The position numbers and the translations under genes are program-made. A DNA stretch of 64,000 bases from the NCBI GenBank assembly GCA_040768745.1, contig JAXGMI010000001.1:704001-768000 (forward strand), written 5' to 3'. Shown one piece after another: positions 40,392 through 49,933 of this stretch (position 1 is the stretch's first letter; each line of letters begins with the position of its first letter). Below the pieces are notes generated by a model. It was given only the letters and a program-made list of their open reading frames with translations, searched no databases and was not told the origin of the DNA. This DNA is from Desulfomicrobium sp. Lineage in GTDB: Bacteria; Desulfobacterota; Desulfovibrionia; Desulfovibrionales; Desulfomicrobiaceae.

Positions 40392-40708
40392 GGGAATCTC
40401 ATGCGTTCGGTTTTCCCTGCGCGGTTGCTTGCCCGTCGGGAGATTGACATCCGCCTTACAAACATATGTGGATCGCGTAAATAGCCAGACCCACAGCAGA
40501 TCAACACAGAAAACAGGATTGACGCGAACCCGTTCAGGCACCATGGATTTTGCCCCGGGTCCTGGCGACAGGGGCGCCCCAGATCGGGGCACATCCGTGG
40601 CCGCCAAAAAAAATCCTGGCCCAATCCGGGGCAAAATGCATATCAGGAAAACAATACGTGCGGTCCGGCCCCATTCTTTTACGGCCCACGAAACTGGAGC
40701 TACGAACT

Positions 40709-42259
40709 ATGCGGGGATCAAGTTTCGACGATGCGAACCTGCTCAGTGTTTGCAGGGAAAGCATCGACTACAAAGGTGTGGTCAAACACATCAATGATGG
40801 CGTGGTCATCATCAGAGAAGGCAGCATCGTCTTTGCCAACGATGCATTCTGCGCTATCGCGGATCTGACGTCCGAGAAGATCCTCGGTCAGCCCTTCGAG
40901 ACGCTGGTGACCGAGGATGACCGGGAACGTGTGGCCCGTCATTGCGTGGACAAGCTCTACACGTCCGAACTCGCGGACCGCATCGAATTTTCCATGCTTC
41001 GTCCCGGCAAGAAAGACGCCGCGATCCTGGAAATGAAACTGACCGTGATCGATTGTGGAGGGACCCCGGCGATTCTTGCCGCCATTACGGACATCACCGA
41101 ACGCCGTCAGACCCGGCTCGAACTGCAACGGGTCAAGGACCGGCTGGAGAGCATCCTCCATTCCATGAACGATGTGGTCGTCTCTTTGGCGGTCACGGAC
41201 GATTCCATCCTGGCCATCAATCCGGCGGCTGAAGCCCTGTATGGCATCCCACGCCGGGCCTTCACCGCCGGCCAGATGCAGCTCATGCATTTCGTACACC
41301 CTGAAGACCGCGAAAACGTGCGAGAATTCTACCAATCCTTGGTGGAGGAAGAATTTGGAGAGATGCAGTACCGGATCATCACCGGCAACGGGAAGATCAA
41401 ATGGGTCCACGACGAGGGACATCTGGTGTACTGTACGGCAAGGTCCATTCGCCGCATCGATCACGTCATCCGGGACATCACCGAACAAAAAGAGGCCCTC
41501 GACGCCCTGACCCGCAGTGAGGAGAAATACCGTGACTTCTTCCACAGCACCAAGGACATGGCCTACTCCGTGACCCCGGATGGCACGTTTATCGACATCA
41601 ACGACGCCGGCATCCAGATGCTCGGATTCTCCAGCCGCGAGGAGGCCCTGGCGTCCAACCTGAGGCATTTCTACGAGAACCTGTCCGAACGGGCCGACCT
41701 GCTGGCCCAGATCAACGAAGAGGGGTTTGTCACGGACAAACATGTCCGTTTCCGTCTCAAGGACGGCCGATCCATCGAGGTGGCCATCACGGCCCGGGCC
41801 AAGACTGACGACGCGGGGTATCTCCTCTATTACGAAGGCATTGCCCACAACATCACCCAAGCCCTGGAAGACCAGAGCAACCGCGTGCTCCGCAACGCAG
41901 CCGGCGGAATGTGCCATTACCTGAACACGCACCTCATGCACATCGTCAATGCCAAGGACGGGATCATGGAAGAGATCGAAACCTTGGAAGAAATCGTGCT
42001 CCACACCCCTTTCGAAAACGCCAAGGCAGATGCATGGCAGACGACCATGGCCTCTCTGAAGGCCTACTGCGAAGGGCTGGATCAGGCTTACCGCAAGATC
42101 ACGGCCGTGACCAAGGCCTTCAACTCCGCCTTCCTGACTTACAAGGAAGAGGCCTATCTGGACAAGGCCATCCTGGACATCTTCAACTCCTGCCTGGGCG
42201 ACCCGGTGGAATGCACGACTCCAGCAAGCCGGCGGCGGGACAAGGACCAGAAAAAATGA
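40709..42259 (+). CDS. Multi-PAS sensor protein with a degenerate HisKA-like C-terminus and no ATPase domain
   Basis: Three PAS/PAC repeats (ITDITERR, VHPEDR, IRDITEQK, AHNITQ) followed by AAGGMCHYLNTHL. Confidence 0.85.
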   Translation: MRGSSFDDANLLSVCRESIDYKGVVKHINDGVVIIREGSIVFANDAFCAIADLTSEKILGQPFETLVTEDDRERVARHCVDKLYTSELADRIEFSMLRPGKKDAAILEMKLTVIDCGGTPAILAAITDITERRQTRLELQRVKDRLESILHSMNDVVVSLAVTDDSILAINPAAEALYGIPRRAFTAGQMQLMHFVHPEDRENVREFYQSLVEEEFGEMQYRIITGNGKIKWVHDEGHLVYCTARSIRRIDHVIRDITEQKEALDALTRSEEKYRDFFHSTKDMAYSVTPDGTFIDINDAGIQMLGFSSREEALASNLRHFYENLSERADLLAQINEEGFVTDKHVRFRLKDGRSIEVAITARAKTDDAGYLLYYEGIAHNITQALEDQSNRVLRNAAGGMCHYLNTHLMHIVNAKDGIMEEIETLEEIVLHTPFENAKADAWQTTMASLKAYCEGLDQAYRKITAVTKAFNSAFLTYKEEAYLDKAILDIFNSCLGDPVECTTPASRRRDKDQKK

Positions 42260-42302
42260 CCTTCGGCCATGGGCCGGACCAGCATCCCCAGGGTGAACGG
42301 TC

Positions 42303-43736
42303 ATGCAGCTCCTGAACTGGATCGGCCTCCTCCTGGCCACAGCCCTGGCCCTGGGCGCGGCCTCCCACGCCCTTCTGCGCAAGAGTGATTCCCGCTCTGC
42401 CCTGGGGTGGGTTGCGGTCTGCCTGACGTTTCCGGTGGCCGGACCGGTCCTCTACATCCTTTTCGGCGTGAACCGGGTCCGCCGCAGCGCCTTCCGCATG
42501 CGCCGCGCGGTCCATTCCCGATCTGACGTGGACTCAGACCAGATCCTGCCTGCAGAGGCTGATTCCGTCAGCTTCCCCCTGATACCGCAACCCTTCAGGG
42601 TCCTGGAGCGGGTCGGACGCAATGTCCTTGGTACGGAGCTCATTGGTGGCAACTGTGTCGAACCGCTTTTCAACGGGGACGAGGCATACCCGCGCATGCT
42701 CCAGGCCATGGAGGGCGCGCGACAAAGCATATACCTGGCGACCTACATCATGGCCACGGACAGCCTGGGCAGACAGTTTATCGATGTGCTGACCCGGGCC
42801 GTACGGCGCGGAGTGGACGTTCGGGTGTTGGTCGATGGCCTCGGTGAAAAGTATTCCTGGCCGTGGGTTTCTCGCGCGCTGCATAAAAACGGGGTGGCCT
42901 CGGCCCTTTTCATCCCCTTTCGTTTTTTTCCCCCTGAACTGCACATCAACCTCCGCAACCACCGCAAAATCCTGGTGGTGGATGGCAAGCTCGGCTTTAC
43001 CGGCGGCATGAACATCAGCCAGCAGCATGTGCTGCGGGCAAAAAGTTTCTGGCCCGTGTCGGACCTGCACTTCTTCCTCCGCGGGCCTGTTGTCGGGCAG
43101 TTGCAGGAAGCTTTTGTCGAAGACTGGCTCTTCGCCACCCAGGAGCGCCTCACCCCCGCGCCCATGGCCCCTGAACCCATGATGGAAGATTGTCTGTGCA
43201 GGACAGTCATCGACGGCCCGGATTGCCCCCATGAGCCTCTCAAAACGCTGCTGACCGGCATCGTCTCCGCCGCATCATCCTCCATCAAAATCATGACCCC
43301 TTATTTCGTCCCCCCGCCGTCATTCCTGACCGCCCTGCAGTCAGCCCGCTACCGGGGAGTGGATGTTCAGATCATTCTCCCTGGACGCAACAACCTGCCT
43401 TTCGTGCACTGGGCCGCCCGACATATCCTGGACCACCTGTTGCGGGTGGGCATCTCCGTCTCCTATCAACCTGCCCCCTTCTGTCACACCAAGCTGATAC
43501 TCGTGGACGGATGCTACGTGCACCTCGGATCGGCCAACCTGGACAACCGCAGTCTGCGCCTGAACTTCGAATTGACTCTGGAGGTGCTGGACCTCTGCGT
43601 GGCCGCACGGCTTGAGCGGCACTTCGAGGAGGTCAGGGCCAAAAGCCGACCCGTGACCCGGCGAGAACTGCACAACCGATCCTTGCCCGTGCGCCTGCGC
43701 GATGCCTTCTTTTGGCTGTTTTCGCCCTACCTGTAG
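42303..43736 (+). CDS. cls: Cardiolipin synthase (PLD family)
   Basis: N-terminal TMs and two HKD motifs (RNHRKILVVDG, HTKLILVDG). Confidence 0.9.
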   Translation: MQLLNWIGLLLATALALGAASHALLRKSDSRSALGWVAVCLTFPVAGPVLYILFGVNRVRRSAFRMRRAVHSRSDVDSDQILPAEADSVSFPLIPQPFRVLERVGRNVLGTELIGGNCVEPLFNGDEAYPRMLQAMEGARQSIYLATYIMATDSLGRQFIDVLTRAVRRGVDVRVLVDGLGEKYSWPWVSRALHKNGVASALFIPFRFFPPELHINLRNHRKILVVDGKLGFTGGMNISQQHVLRAKSFWPVSDLHFFLRGPVVGQLQEAFVEDWLFATQERLTPAPMAPEPMMEDCLCRTVIDGPDCPHEPLKTLLTGIVSAASSSIKIMTPYFVPPPSFLTALQSARYRGVDVQIILPGRNNLPFVHWAARHILDHLLRVGISVSYQPAPFCHTKLILVDGCYVHLGSANLDNRSLRLNFELTLEVLDLCVAARLERHFEEVRAKSRPVTRRELHNRSLPVRLRDAFFWLFSPYL

Positions 43737-43918
43737 CACCGACGCCTCCTGCCCGGACCCTCTCCCCAAAAGCGTCCGGCAATGATCCGACCTGCCGCAA
43801 AGCCACCCGCACAGCCCTTCTCCTGGCAACGCCCAAGGCAGCGGCCCCTGTCCCGGGTGAGTTGCTGACAAAAGAGGCGCGGGCCGTTCCAGCACCGGGA
43901 TGTTTCACTGATTAAGCT

Positions 43919-43947
43919 TTGACGATTCAGCCCCGACCTTTTAACGT
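43919..43947 (+). promoter_or_regulatory. Putative sigma70 promoter for the small Cys-rich genes
   Basis: TTGACG-N17-TAACGT. Confidence 0.5.
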
Positions 43948-43998
43948 ACAAGACGCGCCTGAAAGGAACCGGCCGCAATTCCAACAAGGAGGACTGCC

Positions 43999-44217
43999 GT
44001 GAGCAAGGAATTCACCGTCTCCACCATCTGCCCGCATTGCGGACACGCCACCCAGGACACGCACGACGAACATGACATGCGTGCATCCTACGGCAACAAC
44101 CCGAACATCTCTGTGATTTGCGCTCATTGCCAGACAAGCTTTGAACAGCCCATGGAACTGGCCTGCGCCGAATGGGACGACTACTGCCATGAGATACCAC
44201 TGCCGGCGGATGTCTAG
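43999..44217 (+). CDS. Small zinc-ribbon-like protein (72 aa)
   Basis: AAGGAGG RBS, GTG start, CPHC and CAHC motifs, acidic and His-rich. Confidence 0.75.
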   Translation: MSKEFTVSTICPHCGHATQDTHDEHDMRASYGNNPNISVICAHCQTSFEQPMELACAEWDDYCHEIPLPADV

Positions 44218-44249
44218 TCCTGCTTTCAACCCACACGGAGCCTGCATCG

Positions 44250-44420
44250 ATGATCTATATCGTGACAAAATGCGCTGACTGCCCTTGCATGTGCGTGATC
44301 GATGGACAGCGCGCCTGCAACGTCGCCACACCCAGGCATCGGCCCGTTCCTGACGACGAGGACCGCCCGTCCTGGTGCAAGATGCGCAAAGAACAGATAA
44401 TTATCCGGGATTTCAAGTGA
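44250..44420 (+). CDS. Small Cys-rich protein (56 aa), absent from the ORF track
   Basis: Translated by hand: MIYIVTKCADCPCMCVIDGQRACNVATPRHRPVPDDEDRPSWCKMRKEQIIIRDFK; GGAG 9 nt upstream. Confidence 0.65.
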   Translation: MIYIVTKCADCPCMCVIDGQRACNVATPRHRPVPDDEDRPSWCKMRKEQIIIRDFK

Positions 44421-44620
44421 GACAGACCCCCCCAAGGAATTCTCGTCTTTCCGGTTGAAGTCTCAGCCTCAATTTGCTACGTGCTGTTCAGTGTCGACTA
44501 GCGAGGTGAGCAGGGTGCGTCACATTGACAAACACCTGCCTTCACCATAGGGAAGGCCATTGCAAACTCTTTTTCCGGAAGGAAAAATTTTGAGGAACAA
44601 CATCTAAGGAGGAATTGAGC

Positions 44621-44938
44621 ATGGCACAGATTGAATTCCAGGGTAAATCTTTCGAAATCGATGAAGACGGCTTCCTGCTGAAGTTCGAAGATTGGTCCCC
44701 CGAGTGGGTAGAGTACGTCAAGGACAGCGAGGGCATCGCCGAAATCACCGAAGCTCACCAGCAGATCCTGGACTTCCTGCAGGACTACTACAAGAAGAAC
44801 GGCATCGCTCCCATGGTCCGTATTCTGTCCAAGTCCACTGGCTACAAGCTGAAACAGATCTACGAACTGTTCCCCTCCGGTCCCGGCAAGGGAGCTTGTA
44901 AAATGGCTGGTCTGCCCAAGCCCACTGGCTGCGTGTAG
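44621..44938 (+). CDS. dsrC: Dissimilatory sulfite reductase co-substrate protein DsrC
   Basis: IDEDGFL and YELFPSGPGKGACKMAGLPKPTGCV with both conserved C-terminal Cys; AAGGAGG RBS. Confidence 0.97.
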   Translation: MAQIEFQGKSFEIDEDGFLLKFEDWSPEWVEYVKDSEGIAEITEAHQQILDFLQDYYKKNGIAPMVRILSKSTGYKLKQIYELFPSGPGKGACKMAGLPKPTGCV

Positions 44939-44957
44939 CCCATCTTTTTTTCGCGAC

Positions 44958-44988
44958 AAAAAACCCTGCCTGCGCAGGGTTTTTTTTT
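44958..44988. terminator. Bidirectional rho-independent terminator (dsrC / malQ)
   Basis: aaaaaaccctgc ctgc gcagggttttttttt. Confidence 0.85.
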
Positions 44989-45045
44989 GCCCGACTCCGC
45001 GAACAGGATGCCCTGCCGGAGTCGTACATGCCACTCACCTGAACC

Positions 45046-46548
45046 TCAGACCCGTCCGTATATGGAGGCCAGCGAAAGCATGCGCTGGGCCAGTTCTTCC
45101 GATAGCATCTCCTTTCGCATGCGCCATGCCCAGTTGGCAGTGGCCACTCCCGGTATATTCATGCGCGCTTCCAGGCCGAGATTGAGGTAGTCCTGCACCG
45201 GAATGATGCAGAGGTGGGCCGGGCTGCCCAGGCCCAGCCGGATCAGGACCTCTGACGCGTTCTCGACCTGCACGGGCCGGCCCGAGTATGCCTCCAGCCG
45301 CTCCCGTCCCCCTGCGTCCAGTTCTTCGGAAAACCATCCCCGGGTCGTATTGTTGTCGTGGGTTCCGGTGTAGACCACGCTTCTCGGCTCGATGTTGTGC
45401 GGGATGTAGGCATTCCTCGCCATGTCCGGACCAAAAGCAAACTGCAGCACCTTCATGCCCGGGAATCCGAACTGGTCCATGAGCGCGGTCACGTCCGGGG
45501 TGATAACTCCCAAGTCCTCGGCCACAATGGACAGGCCCGGAACCTGTTCGCGCACAGAGCGGAAAAGCTTCTCCCCCGGACCCGGTATCCAGACGCCGTT
45601 TTCCGCCGTGGGTTCGCAGGATGGCACCTGCCAGAACGCGCAGAAGCCCCGGAAATGGTCGAGCCGCACCGTGTCGAAGCGGCTTCCTTCGTGCCGGAGT
45701 CGGGCAATCCACCACGTGTATCCTTTTTTTTCCTGATACCCCCAGTCATAGACAGGATTGCCCCACATTTGACCGGTCTCACTGAAATAATCCGGGGGGG
45801 CTCCAGCGCAGAATATGGGCAGGCCCTCGTCGTCCAGCGTGAAGAGTTCCCTGTTGTCCCACACGTCGCAGCTGTCCATGCTTACATAAATGGGCACGTC
45901 GCCAAGCATGGACACCCCCCGATCCGCGGCATGCGCCCGCAGGCCCTTCCACTGCTGGGCGAAAAGGTACTGGAAGTATTTTTCCCGTAAAACGTCATAT
46001 CCCAGACGCGCAGCGGCCTGCTCCAGGGCCACGGAATCGCCCAGCCGCAGTTCCTTGGGCCACTTGTACCAGGGCGCGCCGCCGTGCTCACGCTTCAAGG
46101 CCATGAACAGGCAGAAGGGATCCAGCCAAAAGGCGTTGCCCAGGCAGAAACGCTCAAAATCAGCGTCACTCCGCAGACCAGCGAAGACATTGTCGAATGC
46201 CTGTTCCAGGAGCCGCCAACGCCAGATGGCCGCAGCATGGTAGTCGACGCGATCCCGATCAAAGGCCGGCAGCCCCCGCAGATCCTCGGCCCGCAAAACG
46301 CCTTGGTGTACCAGGAGCTCCGGACTGACAAACAGGATGTTCCCGGCAAATGCCGAATAGCTGCTGTATGGCGAATTCCCAGCCCCTGCGTTGATGGGTG
46401 CCAGGGGGAGCACCTGCCACACGCTCTGGCCGGCCCGGGCCAGAAAATCCACAAAGGCGCGGGCCTGGGGACCGAAATCACCCAGCCCATGCCTGGACGG
46501 GAGGGACGATATGTGGGCCAGCACACCGCAACGGCGAGGGGATTGCAT
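45046..46548 (-). CDS. malQ: 4-alpha-glucanotransferase (GH77)
   Basis: WQVLPL, SPYSSYSAFAGN, VRLDHFRGF, AEDLG and YTGTHDN motifs. Confidence 0.95.
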   Translation of the reverse strand: MQSPRRCGVLAHISSLPSRHGLGDFGPQARAFVDFLARAGQSVWQVLPLAPINAGAGNSPYSSYSAFAGNILFVSPELLVHQGVLRAEDLRGLPAFDRDRVDYHAAAIWRWRLLEQAFDNVFAGLRSDADFERFCLGNAFWLDPFCLFMALKREHGGAPWYKWPKELRLGDSVALEQAAARLGYDVLREKYFQYLFAQQWKGLRAHAADRGVSMLGDVPIYVSMDSCDVWDNRELFTLDDEGLPIFCAGAPPDYFSETGQMWGNPVYDWGYQEKKGYTWWIARLRHEGSRFDTVRLDHFRGFCAFWQVPSCEPTAENGVWIPGPGEKLFRSVREQVPGLSIVAEDLGVITPDVTALMDQFGFPGMKVLQFAFGPDMARNAYIPHNIEPRSVVYTGTHDNNTTRGWFSEELDAGGRERLEAYSGRPVQVENASEVLIRLGLGSPAHLCIIPVQDYLNLGLEARMNIPGVATANWAWRMRKEMLSEELAQRMLSLASIYGRV

Positions 46549-48440
46549 CACTCTTCTCCAGGCATGAAGAACAGTACCCCCAGGGGCGGGAGAGCCAGAC
46601 TCAGGGAATAGGGGCGGCCATGCACGGGGATGGGTTCGGCCCGGGCCGAACCCATATTGCCCGCACCGCTGCCGCCATACGCCACGCTGTCGGAATTGAG
46701 GACTTCCCGCCAGATCCCGCCATGATCCACGCCCACGGCATAGCGCTCCCGGACCACCGGGGTGAAATTGCAGACCACAAGCAGGGTCTGCTCCCCGGTC
46801 TTTCGGAAAAAGCTCAGCACGCTCTGATCCGAGTCGTGGCAGTTCTCCCAGCTGAATCCCGACGGATCGAAATCCAGGGCATGCAAGGCCGGGCACCCGC
46901 TGTATAGCCTGTTCAAGTCCCGCACCCAGGACCGCAGCCCATCATGGGCCGGGAACCGCAGCAGGTCCCAATCCAATGCCTTGTCGTGATTCCACTCGCT
47001 CCACTGCCCGAACTCCCCGCCCATGAAGAGCAGCTTCTTGCCCGGCAGCCCGTACATATACCCGATGAGAAGCCGCAGGTTGGCGAGCTTCTGCCAGTAA
47101 TCCCCGGGCATCTTGGACAGGAGGGACTTTTTGCCGTGCACGACTTCGTCATGGGACAGGGGCAGGATAAAATTCTCCGCAAACGCATACCACAACGCGA
47201 ACGTGAGCAGGTTATGGTGATACTTGCGATGGATCGGATCCAGTTCCATGTAGGACAGGGAATCGTTCATCCAGCCCATATTCCATTTCAGCCCAAAACC
47301 CAGCCCACCCAGGTAGACGGGTTTGGAAACCATGGGCCAGGACGTGGATTCCTCGGCAATGGTCTGCGCGTCGGGAAATTCCTGGTACACCGCCTTGTTC
47401 ATCTCGCGCAGCATGTCGATGGCGTTCAGGTTCTCCCGCCCTCCGTAACGATTGGGTATCCACTCCCCTTGGGCCCGGGAATAGTCCAGATAGAGCATGG
47501 AGGCCACGCCATCCACGCGCAACCCGTCCAGATGGAACTCGCGCAGCCAGTACATGGCGTTGCAGATGAGAAAACCGGCCACTTCGTAGCGACCGTAATT
47601 GAAGATGGCGCTCTTCCATTCGGGATGAAACCCCTGTCTGGGATCGGCATGCTCGTACAGCGCTGTGCCATCAAAATTGGCCAGCCCATGCGCGTCCACG
47701 GGAAAATGCCCCGGCACCCAGTCCAGGATGACGCCAATGCCCCGCTGATGCAGATGGTCTACGAAATACCGAAAATCCTGCGGGCAGCCGTAACGGCTGG
47801 AAGGGGAAAAATACCCCGTGCTCTGGTACCCCCAGGAGCCGTAGAACGGGTGTTCGGCCACGGGCATGATCTCCACATGGGTGAACCCCATTTCGAGCAC
47901 ATATTCAGCCAGTTCATGGGCGATGCGGCGATAGTTGAGAAAATCACCATTTTCGTCCCGACGCCAGGACCCCAGGTGCACTTCGTAGACAGCCCAGGGG
48001 CTGGTCAGACTGTTGCGCTGGGCCCGGTCCCGCATCCAGTCCGCATCGTTCCAGGTGTACTGCAGATCCCAGATTATGGATCCCGTGGCCGGCGGCTCCT
48101 CGCTGAACAGGGCGAACGGGTCCGATCGCTCGGCGTACCCCCCGGGCCAGGAAATGAAGTATTTGTAGCGCTGCCCGTGTCTGGCCTCGGGCACGAAGCA
48201 TTCCCACACGCCGGAACTGTCCGCCCGCACGGTCATGGGGGATTTTCCCCGGTCCCAATCATTGAAATCGCCAAGGACTGCGACATAGTCCGCGTTGGGC
48301 GCCCAGACCACAAAGCGGGTCCCGGCGCAGTCAGGCCCCAGGGATTCCGGATGAGCCCCAAAATGTTCATAGAGCCTGGTATGGCGCCCCTGCTTGAACA
48401 GATAGATATCGAGATCACCGAGGGAGTGGGTAGTGGACAT
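46548..48440 (-). CDS. glgB: 1,4-alpha-glucan branching enzyme
   Basis: FVVWAPNA, YEVHLGSW, ILDWVPGHF, DGLRVDGVASM, AEEST and LSHDEVVHGK motifs. Confidence 0.96.
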   Translation of the reverse strand: MSTTHSLGDLDIYLFKQGRHTRLYEHFGAHPESLGPDCAGTRFVVWAPNADYVAVLGDFNDWDRGKSPMTVRADSSGVWECFVPEARHGQRYKYFISWPGGYAERSDPFALFSEEPPATGSIIWDLQYTWNDADWMRDRAQRNSLTSPWAVYEVHLGSWRRDENGDFLNYRRIAHELAEYVLEMGFTHVEIMPVAEHPFYGSWGYQSTGYFSPSSRYGCPQDFRYFVDHLHQRGIGVILDWVPGHFPVDAHGLANFDGTALYEHADPRQGFHPEWKSAIFNYGRYEVAGFLICNAMYWLREFHLDGLRVDGVASMLYLDYSRAQGEWIPNRYGGRENLNAIDMLREMNKAVYQEFPDAQTIAEESTSWPMVSKPVYLGGLGFGLKWNMGWMNDSLSYMELDPIHRKYHHNLLTFALWYAFAENFILPLSHDEVVHGKKSLLSKMPGDYWQKLANLRLLIGYMYGLPGKKLLFMGGEFGQWSEWNHDKALDWDLLRFPAHDGLRSWVRDLNRLYSGCPALHALDFDPSGFSWENCHDSDQSVLSFFRKTGEQTLLVVCNFTPVVRERYAVGVDHGGIWREVLNSDSVAYGGSGAGNMGSARAEPIPVHGRPYSLSLALPPLGVLFFMPGEE

Positions 48441-48514
48441 GGTATACCTCCGGGAATTGCACTTCACGATAGAGAAGAGAGTACGTCATTGGCAAGGACC
48501 GAGACGTTTAGGGC

Positions 48515-48542
48515 AAAAAAAAAGCGCGGTCAGGACCGCGCT
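48515..48542 (-). terminator. Rho-independent terminator after the 47-aa gene
   Basis: On the minus strand: agcgcggtc ct gaccgcgc followed by a T9 tract. Confidence 0.75.
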
Positions 48543-48565
48543 CCAAGCATCCCGCAGAAAACGAT

Positions 48566-48709
48566 TTAGTGATGATGTTCGTTCATGCCTTCTTTGATGC
48601 GATACATCGCGGCAATGACGATGGCCGCGAGATAGGTGAAAATTCCGATCACTCCGATGAAGCCCTGCACTGTGCTGTGCAGCATGTTGCCAAAAAGCTC
48701 ACCCAGCAT
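48566..48709 (-). CDS. Small single-pass membrane protein (47 aa), absent from the ORF track
   Basis: Translated by hand: MLGELFGNMLHSTVQGFIGVIGIFTYLAAIVIAAMYRIKEGMNEHHH; AGGAGGAG RBS; own terminator. Confidence 0.75.
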   Translation of the reverse strand: MLGELFGNMLHSTVQGFIGVIGIFTYLAAIVIAAMYRIKEGMNEHHH

Positions 48710-48794
48710 GCTCTCCTCCTATAACGTGTCCCTGCACAAATCGTATGGGATTTTCCCACCACATCTTGCCCAATAAAGTCAAGGGAAAACCCTT

Positions 48795-49922
48795 CTACCG
48801 ACCCACGTCTGCCGTGGTGTGCGATGTCTCCACCGCAGTGCCCAGCTCCTCAAAGAAGGTGTCCCGCTGCACGGGGGTGAAGCCAGTGGCGGCAATGACT
48901 TCCGTCAATTCGGCGATGGTAAGGCCTTTGGGGGAATCGGCCCCGGCCGCGTGACCGATCTTCTCCTCGACAATGGTTCCGTCGAAATCATCGGCTCCGG
49001 CCCACAACGCCATCTGCGCGGCCTTGATCCCGGCAAAGGCCCAATAGGCCTTGATGTGCGGAATGTTGTCCAGGAACAGGCGGGATACGGCGATCATGCG
49101 CAGGTATTCCTCACCAGTGGGGCCCGCGGCCCCCAGCTCGTTGTTCCGCGTCTGGTAGGCCAGTGGAATGAAGCAGACGAACCCGGGCTTGGCATCCTCC
49201 AGGGTGCGCAGTGCATTCAGATGCTCGATGCGGTCCTCCCAGGATTCGATATGCCCGAAGAGCATGGTGCTGTTGGTCTTGATACCCATCTCATGGGCCA
49301 GACCGTGGATGTGCAGCCAGCGCTCGCCGCTGACCTTTTCCGGACAGAGTTTGGCGCGCATGGCTGCGGAAAAGACTTCCGCCCCACCGCCAGTGAGGAC
49401 CTGCAACCCGGCCGCACGCAGCTCCGCGAGCACTGTCCGCTCGTCCCGACCCCATGTGTCCGCAAAATGGGCGATCTCCACCGCGGTGAAGGCCTTGATC
49501 ACGGCCTGAGGGCGGATCTCCCGGCACAGGGCCAGCAGATCCAGATAATACTGATATGGCAGGTCCGGGTTGAGGCCTCCGACGATGTGGATTTCCCGGA
49601 TGGGGTGATCGATGCGGGCCAGAAGCAGCTCTCTAACCTTGTCCAGGGAATAGGTGTACCCTCCATCCTCGCCCTTGCGCTTGAAAAAGGCGCAAAAACG
49701 GCACTGATTGCGGCACACGTTGGTGTAGTTGAGATGCTGGTTGTAAACGAAATACGCTTTGTCTCCGTGCCTCGCCCGGCGCTGCCTGAGAGCCGCATCG
49801 CCCAGTTCGTGCACCGAGCCGGACCGCGCGATATCCAGGGCGAATTCCGGATCGATGCGTTGGCCCGGCATCAGGCTGGCCAGCCGTTTTCTGGCGGCGC
49901 TCGAAAGTCCGCTGTTCATCAT
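48795..49922 (-). CDS. mqnE: CofH-family radical SAM enzyme, most like aminofutalosine synthase
   Basis: NYTNVCRNQCRFCAF, KAFTAVEI, GGGAEVF, TMLFGHIE and NIPHIKAYW motifs. Confidence 0.8.
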   Translation of the reverse strand: MMNSGLSSAARKRLASLMPGQRIDPEFALDIARSGSVHELGDAALRQRRARHGDKAYFVYNQHLNYTNVCRNQCRFCAFFKRKGEDGGYTYSLDKVRELLLARIDHPIREIHIVGGLNPDLPYQYYLDLLALCREIRPQAVIKAFTAVEIAHFADTWGRDERTVLAELRAAGLQVLTGGGAEVFSAAMRAKLCPEKVSGERWLHIHGLAHEMGIKTNSTMLFGHIESWEDRIEHLNALRTLEDAKPGFVCFIPLAYQTRNNELGAAGPTGEEYLRMIAVSRLFLDNIPHIKAYWAFAGIKAAQMALWAGADDFDGTIVEEKIGHAAGADSPKGLTIAELTEVIAATGFTPVQRDTFFEELGTAVETSHTTADVGR

Positions 49923-49933
49923 GGTCATCCTCG

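Noticed and set aside
44550..44563. Sigma54 promoter for dsrC
   Set aside because: GG-N10-GC spacing is present, but the -24 context (agggaa) fits poorly; TTGACA at 44525 suggests sigma70 instead.
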